Shown: positions 8,004 through 21,024 of the stretch, in pieces
Layout: each line of letters opens with the position of its first letter
Position numbering within the stretch: the first letter of the stretch is position 1
NCBI GenBank assembly: GCA_044892505.1
Contig: CM097882.1
Location: 1,674,001 to 1,738,000, forward strand
Reading direction: 5' to 3'
Source: Schmidtea nova
Taxonomy: Eukaryota
Length of the DNA stretch: 64,000 nucleotides
Notes under the pieces: model-generated
The model's database searches: none
What the model saw: only the letters and a program-made list of their open reading frames with translations
What the model was told of the DNA's origin: nothing
Position numbers and translations under genes: made by a program

Positions 8004-11000
8004 GGGTGATAGTGTTTGCCTTTGTTTGCGCTGACGTGATCCTGTAGTCGTCTACATGCCTTTGGTTCGTCTAAATGATGAGATTATAATTTATTAAACT
8101 ACACATGCATTCCGACCATCATATTACGGCTGTTGTTGCGGAATTCCCTTCACCCCAAACTCCTCAATCTATCGTCATGCATATCCCATCACTCGTGCAC
8201 CCTCTATATCATTTATTCCTTTACTTAAAAATTTTAGACCTCATTCTGATCTAGCATTGATTTTTATTTAGTTACGCATTCATCGTCATCCAACACTCAA
8301 CTTATTGAACGTGGTTATCATTTGCATCTCATCAACTTAACTTATTTAGATTCAGTTACGATTTGGATCATTTTACACTATCGTCATTTGTCATTCACTG
8401 CATGCGACATTGTTCATTCAATCTCATGGCATATCCATTGGGCATCACACAAGAGAACTCCTCCAGCATACAACCTCGGTAACTTTACAATGGAATTCTC
8501 GTCTCTATTACTCGTCTGTTCAACTCATTCAAGCAATCCACTCCATACATTCGATTTCCATCATTATCATCTCATCCTGGTGTTACATTGTGCGGACGAA
8601 TATAATTATTGGCGTCCCTAGGGTGGTTGTGTTAGTCTGATATTATTGATGTTAACGAGTCGCATATTTGTATTTTTATCGTTTTGGTAGAGTCGTAGGT
8701 ACCGGAAATCATTATCTCGGATGCTACTTAAAAATTGTCTCTCTCTCAGGTGCGTTAACCTCCACTTTCGTAACATTCGATGAAGAAGTTTCTCGCAGTG
8801 GGTTATCTCATCCACGTTATCCGTTCACGATGCTTCATGTGCAACCCCCTCCCCCATTCTATTGACGCTACGACGCCGCATCAGTCGTCAAAGCCAGGTG
8901 ACGCGCTGAGAGGCCTGTTTTTCGTCCTCTGGGTCGGAAAACCCTTCGACGCCACCTTATAGAGTTTAGATATTATCATCATGAGAGTTTAAAATAAACA
9001 AAAAAATCGTGACATACCTTTTATTCCTGTCCAAATACACAGATGTTCTGGTACACAATTCGCTAGTAAATTGACAGTTCACTAGTAAGATGACAACTAT
9101 TAGTTCTGGTGATAAAAGTACACTTGACCTTTACAGGTAAAAAATGACATTACTTGACTGAATTTGGGCACCGTATATATACTTATTTTTGTTGACGGCC
9201 AGCCAATCAGAATTCAGTAAGTGTGCGAGCATTGTAAACATTTGATTTTTAATGCTCATCTTTAATCCGGTGAGTTTTATGTTTACTCAACCGTAAATTT
9301 TTATTTTATTCAATTTATTTTAGATTTTCGTGCTCTGCTCGCTGTCCGCCTACTCTCTGTCCGTTTGAGTGGTTTACTCTATTGTGCGTTTTCTTTGTGT
9401 TCTGCGTGAGTAAGTTTGATGGTTATTATTTACTTTAATTCATTGTTCATTTCTTTCAGGCTTCGCTGCGTACTGATGAATTGTCGGTGTTTTGTCAGTT
9501 ATTTTATTATTTTTCTTATTAGTTTTTGTATTAATTTTATTTCTATTTTAGATTGTTTGCGATTCGCCGGACCCAAAACAATTATGCTTTTGGAATTATT
9601 TTCTTTCGGAATAAGTTAAAATCATTTTTTAATTAAAATTTATTTATAAAACTAATATTCGAGGCTTGTACTAATTTTTCTGCCGTATGATAGATCATCA
9701 TATTTTTATATTTATAAATTATATTTCTGATCAATTTTTTTGGTATTCCAAATGAACTTCTTGGTTATTTTCAATGGAATTTATTATCATGTGTAGGAAA
9801 ACAATTATTTTGATATAAGTCGGATAGACAAAACATATTATCAGCATTAACATCGATGACATCTTTGACAGCCTAGTCCGTTGATGCTTATTGGTTGTGC
9901 TGTAATTTGGTATTGTTTGTACATTACACATATTGTGTTTGGGATTCGATGGTTTTTGGTTGAATTCTTTATTGGTTTCACACTGACTCATATTGCAGCC
10001 ACTGAAAATCGAAGACTCATTAAGAATGTTTAAGAACGAGAAATCCTGAGGATTGTTTTGAAATTGGTTGAATAAATGAGAATTTGCTATTCCAATCGGA
10101 GTACATAATTGAGATGAAGACGAAAGAATTGTCGTATTCAATGACTGATGATTGTTATTGACTCGATCATATAGTTTTTAAGTATTCGATTCAGATAGCT
10201 TGTATTTCCACAGATCTCGGATTCGTCACGACGTTTGGATTTGAAAGTATTTCATTTGACTTCTTTTTTGATTTTGAATTAAAAATAGTTAGTTCTAGTT
10301 GGACCATGTTGGATTTATTTGAAAAAGTATCTCAGAAAAAGTAAGTATTAAAACTATGCCATTTCAATCTTCCATTCAATAATTATTTAATAAATTAATT
10401 AATTTAAAAAGATAAATTTATAATCTAAGGCACTACATCGTGCTTTGTCAATATCTGAAATTCTAATCACAATCTAGTAAATTTTAAGTATGAATTATTT
10501 CAAATTAAGATTTTCGAAAAGACTTTTTGGGTATTGAATATTATGTAGTCGGTAGACGTACATGAAATATCTGAAAGGCTAAAAATATTGTAAATATTTT
10601 TTTAATTAAAAATAATTCATCCCATATTACTTCTTCATCTTCGCAAAACATAATAATTTTTAGTGAAGAATTTTCTGAAATTTATTGAAAATTTAAATTT
10701 ATTACACCTTGTTTCACTGACGCTTATCACCTTTAATACACGTGAGTCAGAAGCGTCCAGGGTAATTACTCACGGTTATTATTCATTTTAAATTTTTTTT
10801 GCATTAGCCATTTTAAAATGGCTTTCAAGTAATTTTATTTATTAGGGAAACTATTAAGGCTTTTATTTTGATCTCATAATGACATAAGATCATTTTAAAA
10901 GCTTTAAAAGGTTATCGTTGATCAACAATTTTAATTTAATTTATTTTCTAATTACTTTTAGTAAATTTTTATGATTTTTTGAAATTATTCACATCAAAGG

Positions 11001-13814
11001 TAAGTAAAGAATCATTTTTAACTAAACTTTATTTATTAAATACATTAATCTCCAAAGATTTCAATTTTTTGAAAACATTTTGAAAAAAATCTGCGAATAT
11101 GAATGAAAAAATTTCTAAATCTTTATAGTCATCTTCATTTAATTCTTCCTCGAGAGCATTTTTCACCAAACAAAATCTGTCTTGGACATTGTTGAGAAAC
11201 CATTTGATCGTGAGATAGTCTTCCGTAAACTGTATTTGATTTTGCTAAATACACTTTCAATGGCGTTAAGAAAAAGGCTATATGGTGGTAGATTATCAAC
11301 GAAATTGTTTTCGGATATAGCTCTACAATGTGTCGAAGCATTATCATGTATTAAATCATATCATGTACCATCCAATTTGGAGGTTTATTCTTGAATGAAA
11401 ATTCTGGGAAAATATAAATTTATTCTAACTTAAATTATATTACTTACATGATATTGCATCATTTTCACGAAAACCCAAGGTGGATTCCTCAGATTCATTT
11501 AAAAAGATTTTAATTTTAATTTATGATTTTTCTGATTATTAAAATTTTTTCTTATATTATAGAATGAAACAAAAACGCATCTGAAAGTTAACATCTGTTT
11601 TTTTCTGTTCCGTGTGTTATTTTATATTTTTCTATCTCTTTGTCTACGATACACCGTGTTTCAATGGCGTTTCTCACCTATAATAGTCAGTAAAGTTATA
11701 ATATAGAAAAAAACACACCAACCTGTACCTTATCCATTGCTGGTTAACTGAATCGTATCATTTATTACACCGTGTTTCAATGGCGTTTCTCGCCTATAAT
11801 ACTAGTGAGTCAGAAACGTCCAAGTAATTAGTCATTGTTATCATTCAATTTTTCAATTTTTTTTTGCATTAGCCATTTTAAAATGGCTTTCAGGTAATTT
11901 TATTTATTAGGATAACTATTAAGGATTTTATTTTGATCTTATAATAACATGAGATCATTTTAAAAGCTTTAAAAAGTTATCTATTATCAACAATTTTAAT
12001 TTTATTTAATTTCTAATTATGTTTAGTTAATTTTTTATGATTTTTGGAATTATTCACATTAAAAGTAAGTAAAAATACATTTTAAACTAAAATTTATTTA
12101 TTAAATACATTAATCTCCAAAGATTTCAAATTTTATAAAGCATTTAGAAAAAAATCTGCGAATATGAATGAAAAAAATTTCTAAGTCTTTATAATCATCC
12201 TTATTTAATTCCTCCTCTAGCGCATTTTTCACCAAACCAAATCTGTCTTGAAAAGACATTGTGGAAAAGCCATTTGATCGGGAAAAGCTTTTGTCGATAT
12301 CTGAAATCCTATAAGTCCATTAACTTTTAAAATAAATATTATTTCAGCTAACCATTTTCGAACATTTATTCGAGTATCGGATGTAATGCAGTTTCTATAG
12401 CTACATGGAATATCTGAAAGGCTAAAATCATTGTAAATATTTTAATAAATAAAGATAAGTGATACCATATTCCTATTTCATCTTCACGAAATGGAATAGT
12501 TTCCATTGAATTTTCTGACATTCTGTGAAAATAAAAATTTATTCTAACTAAAATTAATTGCTTACGAAGATATTTCGTCATCTTCACAAAATAGAATTGT
12601 TTCCATTGAATTTTCTGAAAATCTTTGAAAATATAAATTTATTCTAACTTAAATTATATTATTTACGATGATATGTAATCATTTTCACGAAAACCCAAGG
12701 TGGATTCTTCAGATTCATTTAAAAAAATTTATCGGCCATTTTAATTTATAATTTTTGTGTTGATTAAAATATTGGGTGAGATTATAGAATGAAACGAAAA
12801 TCGCATCTGAAAGTTGACATCTGTTTTTTCTATATTTTCTGTTTGTGTGTAAATTTATTTTTTTCTATCTTTTTGTCTACGACATAATAAATGATACGAT
12901 TCAGTTAAACAGCAATGGATAAGGTACAGGTAGGTGTGTATTTTTCTATATTAAAAGTTTACTGATTATTAGAGGTGAGAAACGCCATTGAAACACGGTG
13001 TATAACATAGACAAAAAGATAGAGAAAAAAAATAATACACAAACACGAAACATAGAAAAAAACAGATGTAAACTTTCAGATTCGCTTTTTGTTTCATTCT
13101 ATAATAGCACACAAAATATTAATTATCAGAAAAATCATAAATTTAAATTAAAATTAAAGTTTTTTAAATGAAGCTGAGGAATCTACCTTGTGTTCTCGTG
13201 AAAATGATGACATATCATCATAAGTAATATAATTTAAGTTAGAATAAATTTATATTTTCTCAGAATTTCAGAAAATTCAATGGAAACTATTCCATTTCGT
13301 GAAAATATTCCAGGTACCTCGACCAACTGCATTTCATCCGATACCCGAACAAATGTTCGAAAATGGTTAGGTGAAATAATATTTATTTAAAAAGTTATTA
13401 GACTTTTATAGGATTTCAGATATCGACAAAGTCAGAATAATAAGTGCAATGGTAAATAACCAAGACTACTTTTATTTGGGAAATTTACTTGGAATATCAA
13501 AAAGTTCAATCAGAAAAATAAATTGTATTTATAAAAAATATGGCCACCTAACAAATTTACAAAAGAGGTGGCAGGAAGCCTCGAATTTCTGAAGAAACCG
13601 GAAATAAATTACTAGATTTTGTGGAAAACAATGTAGGTGCATCCTTATAAAAATGAGAAAATTCCTCAACCAAATCCATTGCAATGTAGCAAGAGTGACA
13701 TTTTTTAGTTTTCTCAAATTCAAATTCGCAGAATTTTTTCTAAATGCTTTAAAAAGATTGAAATCTTTGGAGATTAATGTATTTAATAAATAAAGTTTAG
13801 TTAAAATTTTTTTA

Positions 13815-14756
13815 TTTGGCGTGTCTGAAAAGTAATGAGATTTCGTATGCCACACACACAAAACTGCTAGCTATGCATTGGTACTGCGTTAAACGAATCA
13901 CAAGACTTTATACTATCTGACCAATCAGGTGGCTACTCACACACATGCGTGTGTTACCCTATATAAGGCATGATTCGTAGCATACTTTGTCTTAGTGCAA
14001 CGACTGCACAAATGGAGCTGAACAAAGAGCACTTTCGTGCATATGCGTTTATTGAACAACAACGTGGACGAACAGCTACAGAAGTCTATGAGCAGCTACA
14101 AGAAACACAGATTACTGATCTACCATCCCGTGCCACAGTGTTTCGCTGGTGTAAGGATTTCACTGAAGGTTAATGAACATCTTTGTGTGACCAACCGAAG
14201 AGTGGAAGGCCTTCAACATCAATTATCGCATTCACTGGAGATGGCAAGTGCGAGATTCATGCTGTCCCACCTGGTGAAACAATGACCTCTCAACGATACA
14301 CTGAGTTTATCTATGATACTGGTGAAAAATGGAGGACTCTGTGTTCTTCTCCAACACGACTTAACCAGCTCTGGTGGCAACATGACAATGCGCGTCCTCA
14401 TGCATCTGTACACACCAGGGAATTCTTTGAACAAAGGCAGGTCAAGCTAATCCGTCAGTCAGCTTACAGTCCAGACTTGAATCAATGTGATCGCTGGTTG
14501 TTCAACCACCTGAAAAAAAGACCTCAGAAAGAGGGACTTCCACTCCAAAGAGGAGGTTCAGAAGGAGTCGTTGCAGCTGTTCAGACGCATTGAGCGGGAA
14601 CGCTTCCAGCATGAGCTGGAACGATTGTATACCCATTGTAAAGATGTCATTCGAGTCAAGGGGGACTATGTTGTATGAAAATAAATTGCATTACTGCAAA
14701 CTGTCTGTCTTGTAAGTGGGGTAAGAGGAGTCTCATTACTTTTCAGACACGCCAAA
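13815..14756 (+). mobile_element. Mariner (DD34D) element, internally deleted, with 26-bp TIRs and TA TSD
   Basis: TIR TTTGGCGTGTCTGAAAAGTAATGAGA at both ends; HTH (PSRATVFRWCKDF..SGRP), QHDNARPH and YSPDLNQCDRWLF motifs; premature stop and frameshift. Confidence 0.93.
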
Positions 14757-15026
14757 TACTTACCTTTAATGTGAATAATTCCAAAAATCATAAAAAATTA
14801 ACTAAAGTAATTAGAAATTAAATAAAATTAACATTGTTGAAAATAGACAACCTTTTTAAAGCTTTTAAAATGATCACATATCACTATGAGATGAAAATAA
14901 AAGCCTTATTGGTTATCCTAATAAATAAAATTATCTGAAAACCATTTTAAAATGGCTAATGCAAAAAAAAATTTAAATGAATAATAAAGGTGACTAATTA
15001 CCCTGGACGCTTCTCACTCACGTGTA

Positions 15027-16885
15027 CACCGTGTTTCAATCAATCCGCTCACCTATAATACACGTGAGTGAGATGCGTCACGGGTTATTATTAGTCATTT
15101 TTTAAAACTTGTTGGGATTAGCCATTTTAAAATGGCTTTCAGGTAATTTTTGTAATTAAGATAACTTTTAAGGCTTTTATTTTGATCTCATAATGATATG
15201 AGATCACTATAAAAGCTTTAAAAGGTTATCTATATTCCTCAATTTTATTTTCATTTAATTTTTAAATAATTAGTAGAAAATGTTTATAATATTATAACAT
15301 TATTAACGTCAAATTTAAGTAAAAATCTAATTCTAACTAAAATTTACTTGTTAAATACATTATTCTCCAAAGATTTCTATTTTTCGAAAACATTTAGAAA
15401 AAAATCGGCGAAAATGTAAGAAAAAGTTTTCTAAATCTTTATATTCATCTTTATTTAATTCGTCTTCAAAAGCAGTTTTCACCAAACAAAATCTGTCTTG
15501 GAAAGACATTGTGGAGAAGCCATTTGATTTTGCTAAATAAACTTTCGATTGGGTTAAGGAAAAGGCTATATGTGGTAAATTATCAACGAAATTGTTTTCG
15601 GATATTGCTCCACCATGTGTCAAAGCATTATCATGTATTAAATGGTATCCTGTGCCACCCAATTTTGACGTTAATTCATGTATGAAATCTTGGCAAGTGT
15701 CTTTTTTGAAAGATCCAACAATTAATTTGCGATGAACTGGTCCTTTTAAACCAATTGCAGGAGCCAGTTACATATTTGGGCCGTGGTTAGCTGGTATTAT
15801 CAGATAAATCCTTTCACCTTTTTTCTTCCTTCCAAGATTCTGGCCTGACCATGAATTAAATCCGTACTTGTCAATATAAATTAAATTTTTATGTTGCCAT
15901 GCTTCATCTAAAAAGCGAGTAACATACTGTAACCTTAATTCGAGGACGCGCTCTGAATTTCGAGCAACTACGCATGGCCTTGTCTTCTTTAATGTGACTA
16001 GATTCCTGTTCAAAAACCTAAAAATTGTCGCTCTTGATACGTTGCAATTTAGTTCATTGAGGAATTTTCTCATTTCCTCTAAGGTTGCACCAACATTGTT
16101 TTCTACAAAATCTAACAACTTAATCCCTGTTTCTTCTTAAATTCGAGGCTTGCTACCACCTTTTGTGCTTTTTGGTAGGTGGCCATATTTTTCATATTTA
16201 TAAATTATTTTTCTTTTAAAATTTTTTGATAAGCCAAGTAAGCTTCCCAAATGGAAGTAATCTTATTTATTTTCCTTTGCGTTTATAATTCTGGCTTTGT
16301 CGATACCTGAAATCCTATAAAAATTAAATTACTTTTTAAATATATATTATTTCATCTTACGATTTTCGAACATTTTTCGGGTATCGGACGAAATGCAGTT
16401 GTACGATGTACCTGGAAAATCGGAAAGGCTAAGCCCATAATAAATATTTTAATAAATAAAAAAGTGATACCGTTTTCCTACTTCATCTTCACAAAATGCC
16501 ATTGTTTCCAGTGAATTTTCTGAAATTCTGGGAAAATATAAAATTGTTATGATATTTCATCATTTTCGCGGAAACTAAATGTCGATTCATCAGATTCAAT
16601 TATTGAAATTTTATTCACCATTTTAATTTTCAATATATCTGTAGATAAAAATTTTATATGGTAGTCGGATTGAATGAAACAAAAAACGCATCTGAAAATT
16701 TACATCTGTTTTTTTCTATGTTTTGTGTTTGTTTGTGATTATTTTTTTTCTATCTCTTTGTATACGACATAATAAATGGCTATTTTCAGTAAAACAGCAA
16801 TGAATTAGGTACAGGTAGTTGTGTATTTTTCTATATTATAAGCTATTTGATTATAATAGGTCGCTCGATTCAGTGAAACATTGTG
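15027..16885 (-). mobile_element. Near full-length IS630/Tc1-like copy E with a disrupted transposase
   Basis: ORFs 15768-16118 and 15360-15662: ATLEEM, VSRATIFRFL, LIYID..GFN, HDNALTH. TIRs at both ends. Confidence 0.88.
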
Positions 16886-16933
16886 TATTATAGGTGAGAA
16901 ACGCCATTGAAACACGGTGTATAATAAATGATA

Positions 16934-17377
16934 CGTGGTGCGCCCAATAAGTCGTGAGACTAATATAGAAATAATAATAGTAAAAAGATTGATAGACATA
17001 TTTAAACTTCAACATATATAGGTAAAGAAAATGTATTTTGTTTTAATAATCCATTATTGTTTAAGTATATTTTTGCGAACATTCGAAAAATGCCTCTGGA
17101 AACTATTCAATACCGTAGCGTTATTCGCTTTCTCTTTCTGGAAGGAAAAAATAGAGAAGTGGTTCTTTCTGAACTGGAAGCTGTTTACCAACAAGAGTGC
17201 CCATCCACAGCAACAATTTATCGTTGGTTCAATTACTTTCAGAGTGGTAGAACCTCCGTGGTGGACGAAGAAAGATCTGGAAGACCCTCAGAAATTGATG
17301 AAAAAATAACGCAAAAGCTGCAGACAATCGTGCAAAACGAGAGAAAAATAACGACGAGAGAGCTCACAACCCGTTTA
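16934..17377 (+). mobile_element. 5' part of a second mariner family, truncated
   Basis: TA+CGTGGTGCGCCCAATAAGT terminus; MPLETIQYRSVIRFLFLEGK..PSTATIYRWF..F.SGRTSV.DEERSGRP. Confidence 0.88.
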
Positions 17378-17931
17378 TTCTCTCTTTGACTACGACATAA
17401 TAAATGACACGATTGAGTAAAACAGCAATGAATAAGGTACAGGTATGTGTATTTTTCAATAGTATAAGCTTAATGATTATTATAGGTGATTCGTTTCAGT
17501 GAAACACGGTGTAAAAAATGTTTCAATAAACAGAATGAAAATACATTCAATTTATTCTGAATCAAGTTAATACAGTTAATCAATACAATGAGACTTTAAA
17601 ATTAAAACATGTTAATTGCTCCCTGATTTGAAAGTCATAATGCTCTCAAACGATTATTTAAAACTCGATTTAAAATCAGAATTACTTTCCCCCTAAAATA
17701 ATAGCTAGACTCATAGACTAATTAATTTACAACTACTTTAAACAAGTACGAAACATTATCACAAAAAATAATTTGACTTATTATCGAAAAAGATTTAAAA
17801 TGTTATCTAAAAATCATTAAAATAAGATGGTTAATGGTTCATTTTAACTTTTGTTAAAATCAAATTTTAAAACTATTCAAATTTAAAGTGATTCAAAAAT
17901 AAATTTACAATGTTTAACTGAAAAATATTTA

Positions 17932-18660
17932 TTATCCATAAAAAGTCACTAAATAATTAATCGTTTCTTCAATATCTTTACCAAATGCTAAATAAACTTC
18001 AATACATTGTTCTTCGTCAAATCCCATTGCACAAATCTTATCGATATTTTGAATATCTCCTAAAGTCAAGGTAGACTCATCTTGATCTGGCTCATTATTT
18101 GGAATTGTTTCATCAACGCTTTCGAAAGTTTCTGATTGGTTAACATCATCGTTTTCTGGTAGCAATTTTTTCAGTTCAGGATCATCCCGCATATCTTGAA
18201 CCATACTCTGTAAAAGATCTGGATCACTTTTTAACTTTGACTTAAAGTTTTCTATCATATTATTCATGTTATTTCCTTCTGTAAAATTCAATAAAAACTC
18301 AACTGCATTCCCGAGATTATTTCCTGATTCATTCAGAGCATATAATGCTTGTTCTTCACTGTATCCCATTTCGGTAATCAAATAAATAATATTTTTGTTG
18401 GATTCTGTTTGTTGTATATTGCTACATTCTGATTTGAACGTGGATAAAATGACAATAAAATTGTTGTCAGTATATCCAATACTATTTAACATCTGATGAT
18501 TGTCTAATATATTGCCTTTGAATATTAGTTTAGTGTTGGTTGACTTATATTCATTTCCATTTATATTTTCAATTTTTATTTTGAGATCTTCGACAGATTT
18601 GTCATTATCTATATCTACATACAATACCTTATTAGTAAGAGTTTTTAAAATTATTTGCAT
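17932..18660 (-). CDS. RAD23: RAD23-like UV excision repair / proteasome shuttle protein (UBL-UBA1-XPCB-like-UBA2), intronless, 242 aa
   Basis: MQIILKTL..LKIKIE..KLIFKGNIL (UBL); EMGYSEEQALYAL..N.GNAVEFLL (UBA); LKSDPDLLQSMVQ; IDKICAMGFDEEQCIEVYLAFGKD (UBA2). Confidence 0.88.
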   Translation of the reverse strand: MQIILKTLTNKVLYVDIDNDKSVEDLKIKIENINGNEYKSTNTKLIFKGNILDNHQMLNSIGYTDNNFIVILSTFKSECSNIQQTESNKNIIYLITEMGYSEEQALYALNESGNNLGNAVEFLLNFTEGNNMNNMIENFKSKLKSDPDLLQSMVQDMRDDPELKKLLPENDDVNQSETFESVDETIPNNEPDQDESTLTLGDIQNIDKICAMGFDEEQCIEVYLAFGKDIEETINYLVTFYG

Positions 18661-18746
18661 TTGTATATCTTTAAAAGAAATGCTATATTAAAACAATTTA
18701 TTTTTAATATTACGAAATATTTCCACTTATTACTTAAATTATATAT

Positions 18747-18885
18747 TAAGTAATTAATAAATAACAAAATAAGTTTTTGCGGCAAAATTTTTCTAGGTGA
18801 AAATTTTTGATTATAAAATAACACTTATAATCGAAAATTTTCACCTAAAAAATTTTGCCAGACTTATTTTGTTATTTATTACTTA
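18747..18885. mobile_element. Palindromic MITE-like element; fragments also near 38330-38385, 53706-53775 and 59134-59205
   Basis: Arms AAATAACAAAATAAG...GGTGAAAATTTT..GATTATAA mirrored by TTATAATCGAAAATTTTCACC...CTTATTTTGTTATTT. Confidence 0.75.
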
Positions 18886-21024
18886 TTTCAAAAAATATTT
18901 TTAAATAACCAAAAATTTAAAAACCAATATTTGTTTTGTGAGAGAACTGAAATTATCTATGTTTATTCAGAGCAAACAATTGTGAAAAGAGTAAACAATC
19001 CATAAGTGAAGGAGTCTACTATAAAAAGGAAGGGGCAAAATCAAGCTAGACAGAAGAGAAATTCTCCTAAGTTCAAACGAACCAGTATTTGAATTAGATC
19101 TATTTAAAGCTAGTAATATTCAAAGTGTGAGTTTTCTAAAAGTTCAACAGAACTTATATAATAAATACATATAGAGATAATAGTCCGTCTTAGTATACCT
19201 GGGAGCCGCAAAAATAACTGCTTCTTGTCCATTCTTATGAATATTAACAACGATGACCTTTCATTAGAAGGCATCGTATATCTTGCGGAACATTGAGGGA
19301 TTGATCAGTTGATCACGGTCTTATTTATTACTGTATATAATTTTTATTTGTACACATTGTTATTTTAATAAGAGTATTTAAAGAGAAGAGTTTATTTTTA
19401 ATTCTATCATTCGATAGTAAGCGCAACCTATTATAGTTATATATATTTATATATTTAAACTTTCATAATTTGAATTCATTTAAATAATTAAGCAGACAGA
19501 AAAATAATTCTCTAAAACTAAATTCTCTCTATTTTAAATTAGTTTCAACAAACCCCCGTTGATCCTAACGGAAGCATCAATTGAAGTAAATTTTATGATT
19601 GCATGTTATCGTTTATTGTTCTCATAATTTCATAAGTTTAGAAATATATTATTATTGAATCATTCGTTTGTTAATATAAACAAACTAAATTTTATAGGAT
19701 CGTCCTCTGTAGTGAAAGCTACGAGGGTGATTCCCTAAGTGTGGGACATTTTAGCTCCATGCTGTGTTGAGAATTATAAAGATTAAAATTTCAATGTTAC
19801 AGTGGGAGAGTTGCACATTGGAATTATTGGCAGTGATTTGCGTAAAAAATTTAAGGTTATTTTGAATGAACCATGAGTGGCAAATTAAAGCTTAGTATTA
19901 AATTTAAATTTCATGTCAGACGACTGAGATTAGGTACAGCAGATCGAATCGGTAGGGGAAGCTGAGAAATTTTTCAAGGGCGTTTACTTAAATAGCGGAA
20001 TTTTAGCGGGGCAGTCGAAAGATCTATATCCTTAAAAAATGGGTGAAAAAGTTATTGGGGTTTGTCATAAGTGACCCAAAAATAAAGGGAAAATTTAAAA
20101 AATAAAATAGAAATTAATAAAAACACAAAAATCTACAAATTAATTAAAATACAAAAACATTAATTAAAAAATTAATAAAATTGAAAATCAACATATGGTG
20201 GGGGAAATTGGTATGGGTATATGCCAGTTGATGAGATGAATTCAAATGTATAAAAATAAAATCGATGGGGGCCTTCAGAAAGAAATAATTAAAATATTAA
20301 TTAAGAATTAATTGGCTAACGTAAAACCCGAGCCAATGAAGAATCCTAGCGATGAAGAAACCCGATGTGACATGTTAATTGCCTTGAAAATTAATGTTCC
20401 AGGCAGAAGGCAACTGGCAATAAATCTGAATTAACATTTTAACTGCCTCAGAATGGAGACTGGCATTTTGATATTCAAATTGACGGTTTAATTATAAAGT
20501 TTAATTTAAAGTATTATATTGGGGATAAATTTTCCCAAAAACATTCAAGGATTTGGGATTCTTGTTTATCGATCCACTCCGACTCCTCATAGCAGTAAAG
20601 GAGAGGGCTCTACAGAGCTGGAAAAGGAGACACGCGGGAAACTTCGGTGAGAGAGCAAGCTCACGTTCACTGGGTATTCTCATACAAATCCAATTTGTGT
20701 ATAGGCGTTGTTGGTGCCTGAATATGTTATATGTCAAATAAATGTGCGTTACGTGACTAGTTAAATAAAGGTCGTTTTGAGTTAATATAAAGGTACAGAG
20801 AGTTTGATTAGAGTGAGATCGACCACACGTCGAGCGAAGTGATTTTATTTGAAGGATAAACGGAATTGGCTAATATCGATTGTATACGGATCCGGAGTTT
20901 AAGGGAAAATTTTACTAATAAAGAGAATTGTATCTCGAGAGGATATCGCCAACCTGGATAAAAATATTTACCATTATTAGTTTATTGTTATAATACGTAT
21001 TTAAGTCTTCTGAATCGATAAATT

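Larger units (their letters stand above)
10705..17511. mobile_element. Nested cluster of IS630/Tc1-like copies (B 10705-17511; D 11652-16919 inverted; C 11768-13000; E 15027-16885) plus two mariners
   Basis: Repeated TIR CACCGTGTTTCA(A/C)TG(G/A)CGTTTCTCACCTATAATA, each with flanking TA, and shared internal sequence. Confidence 0.88.

Noticed and set aside
9731-10141. 136-aa Asn/Ser-rich minus-strand ORF
   Set aside because: No recognisable motif or second copy; compatible with chance in AT-rich DNA.
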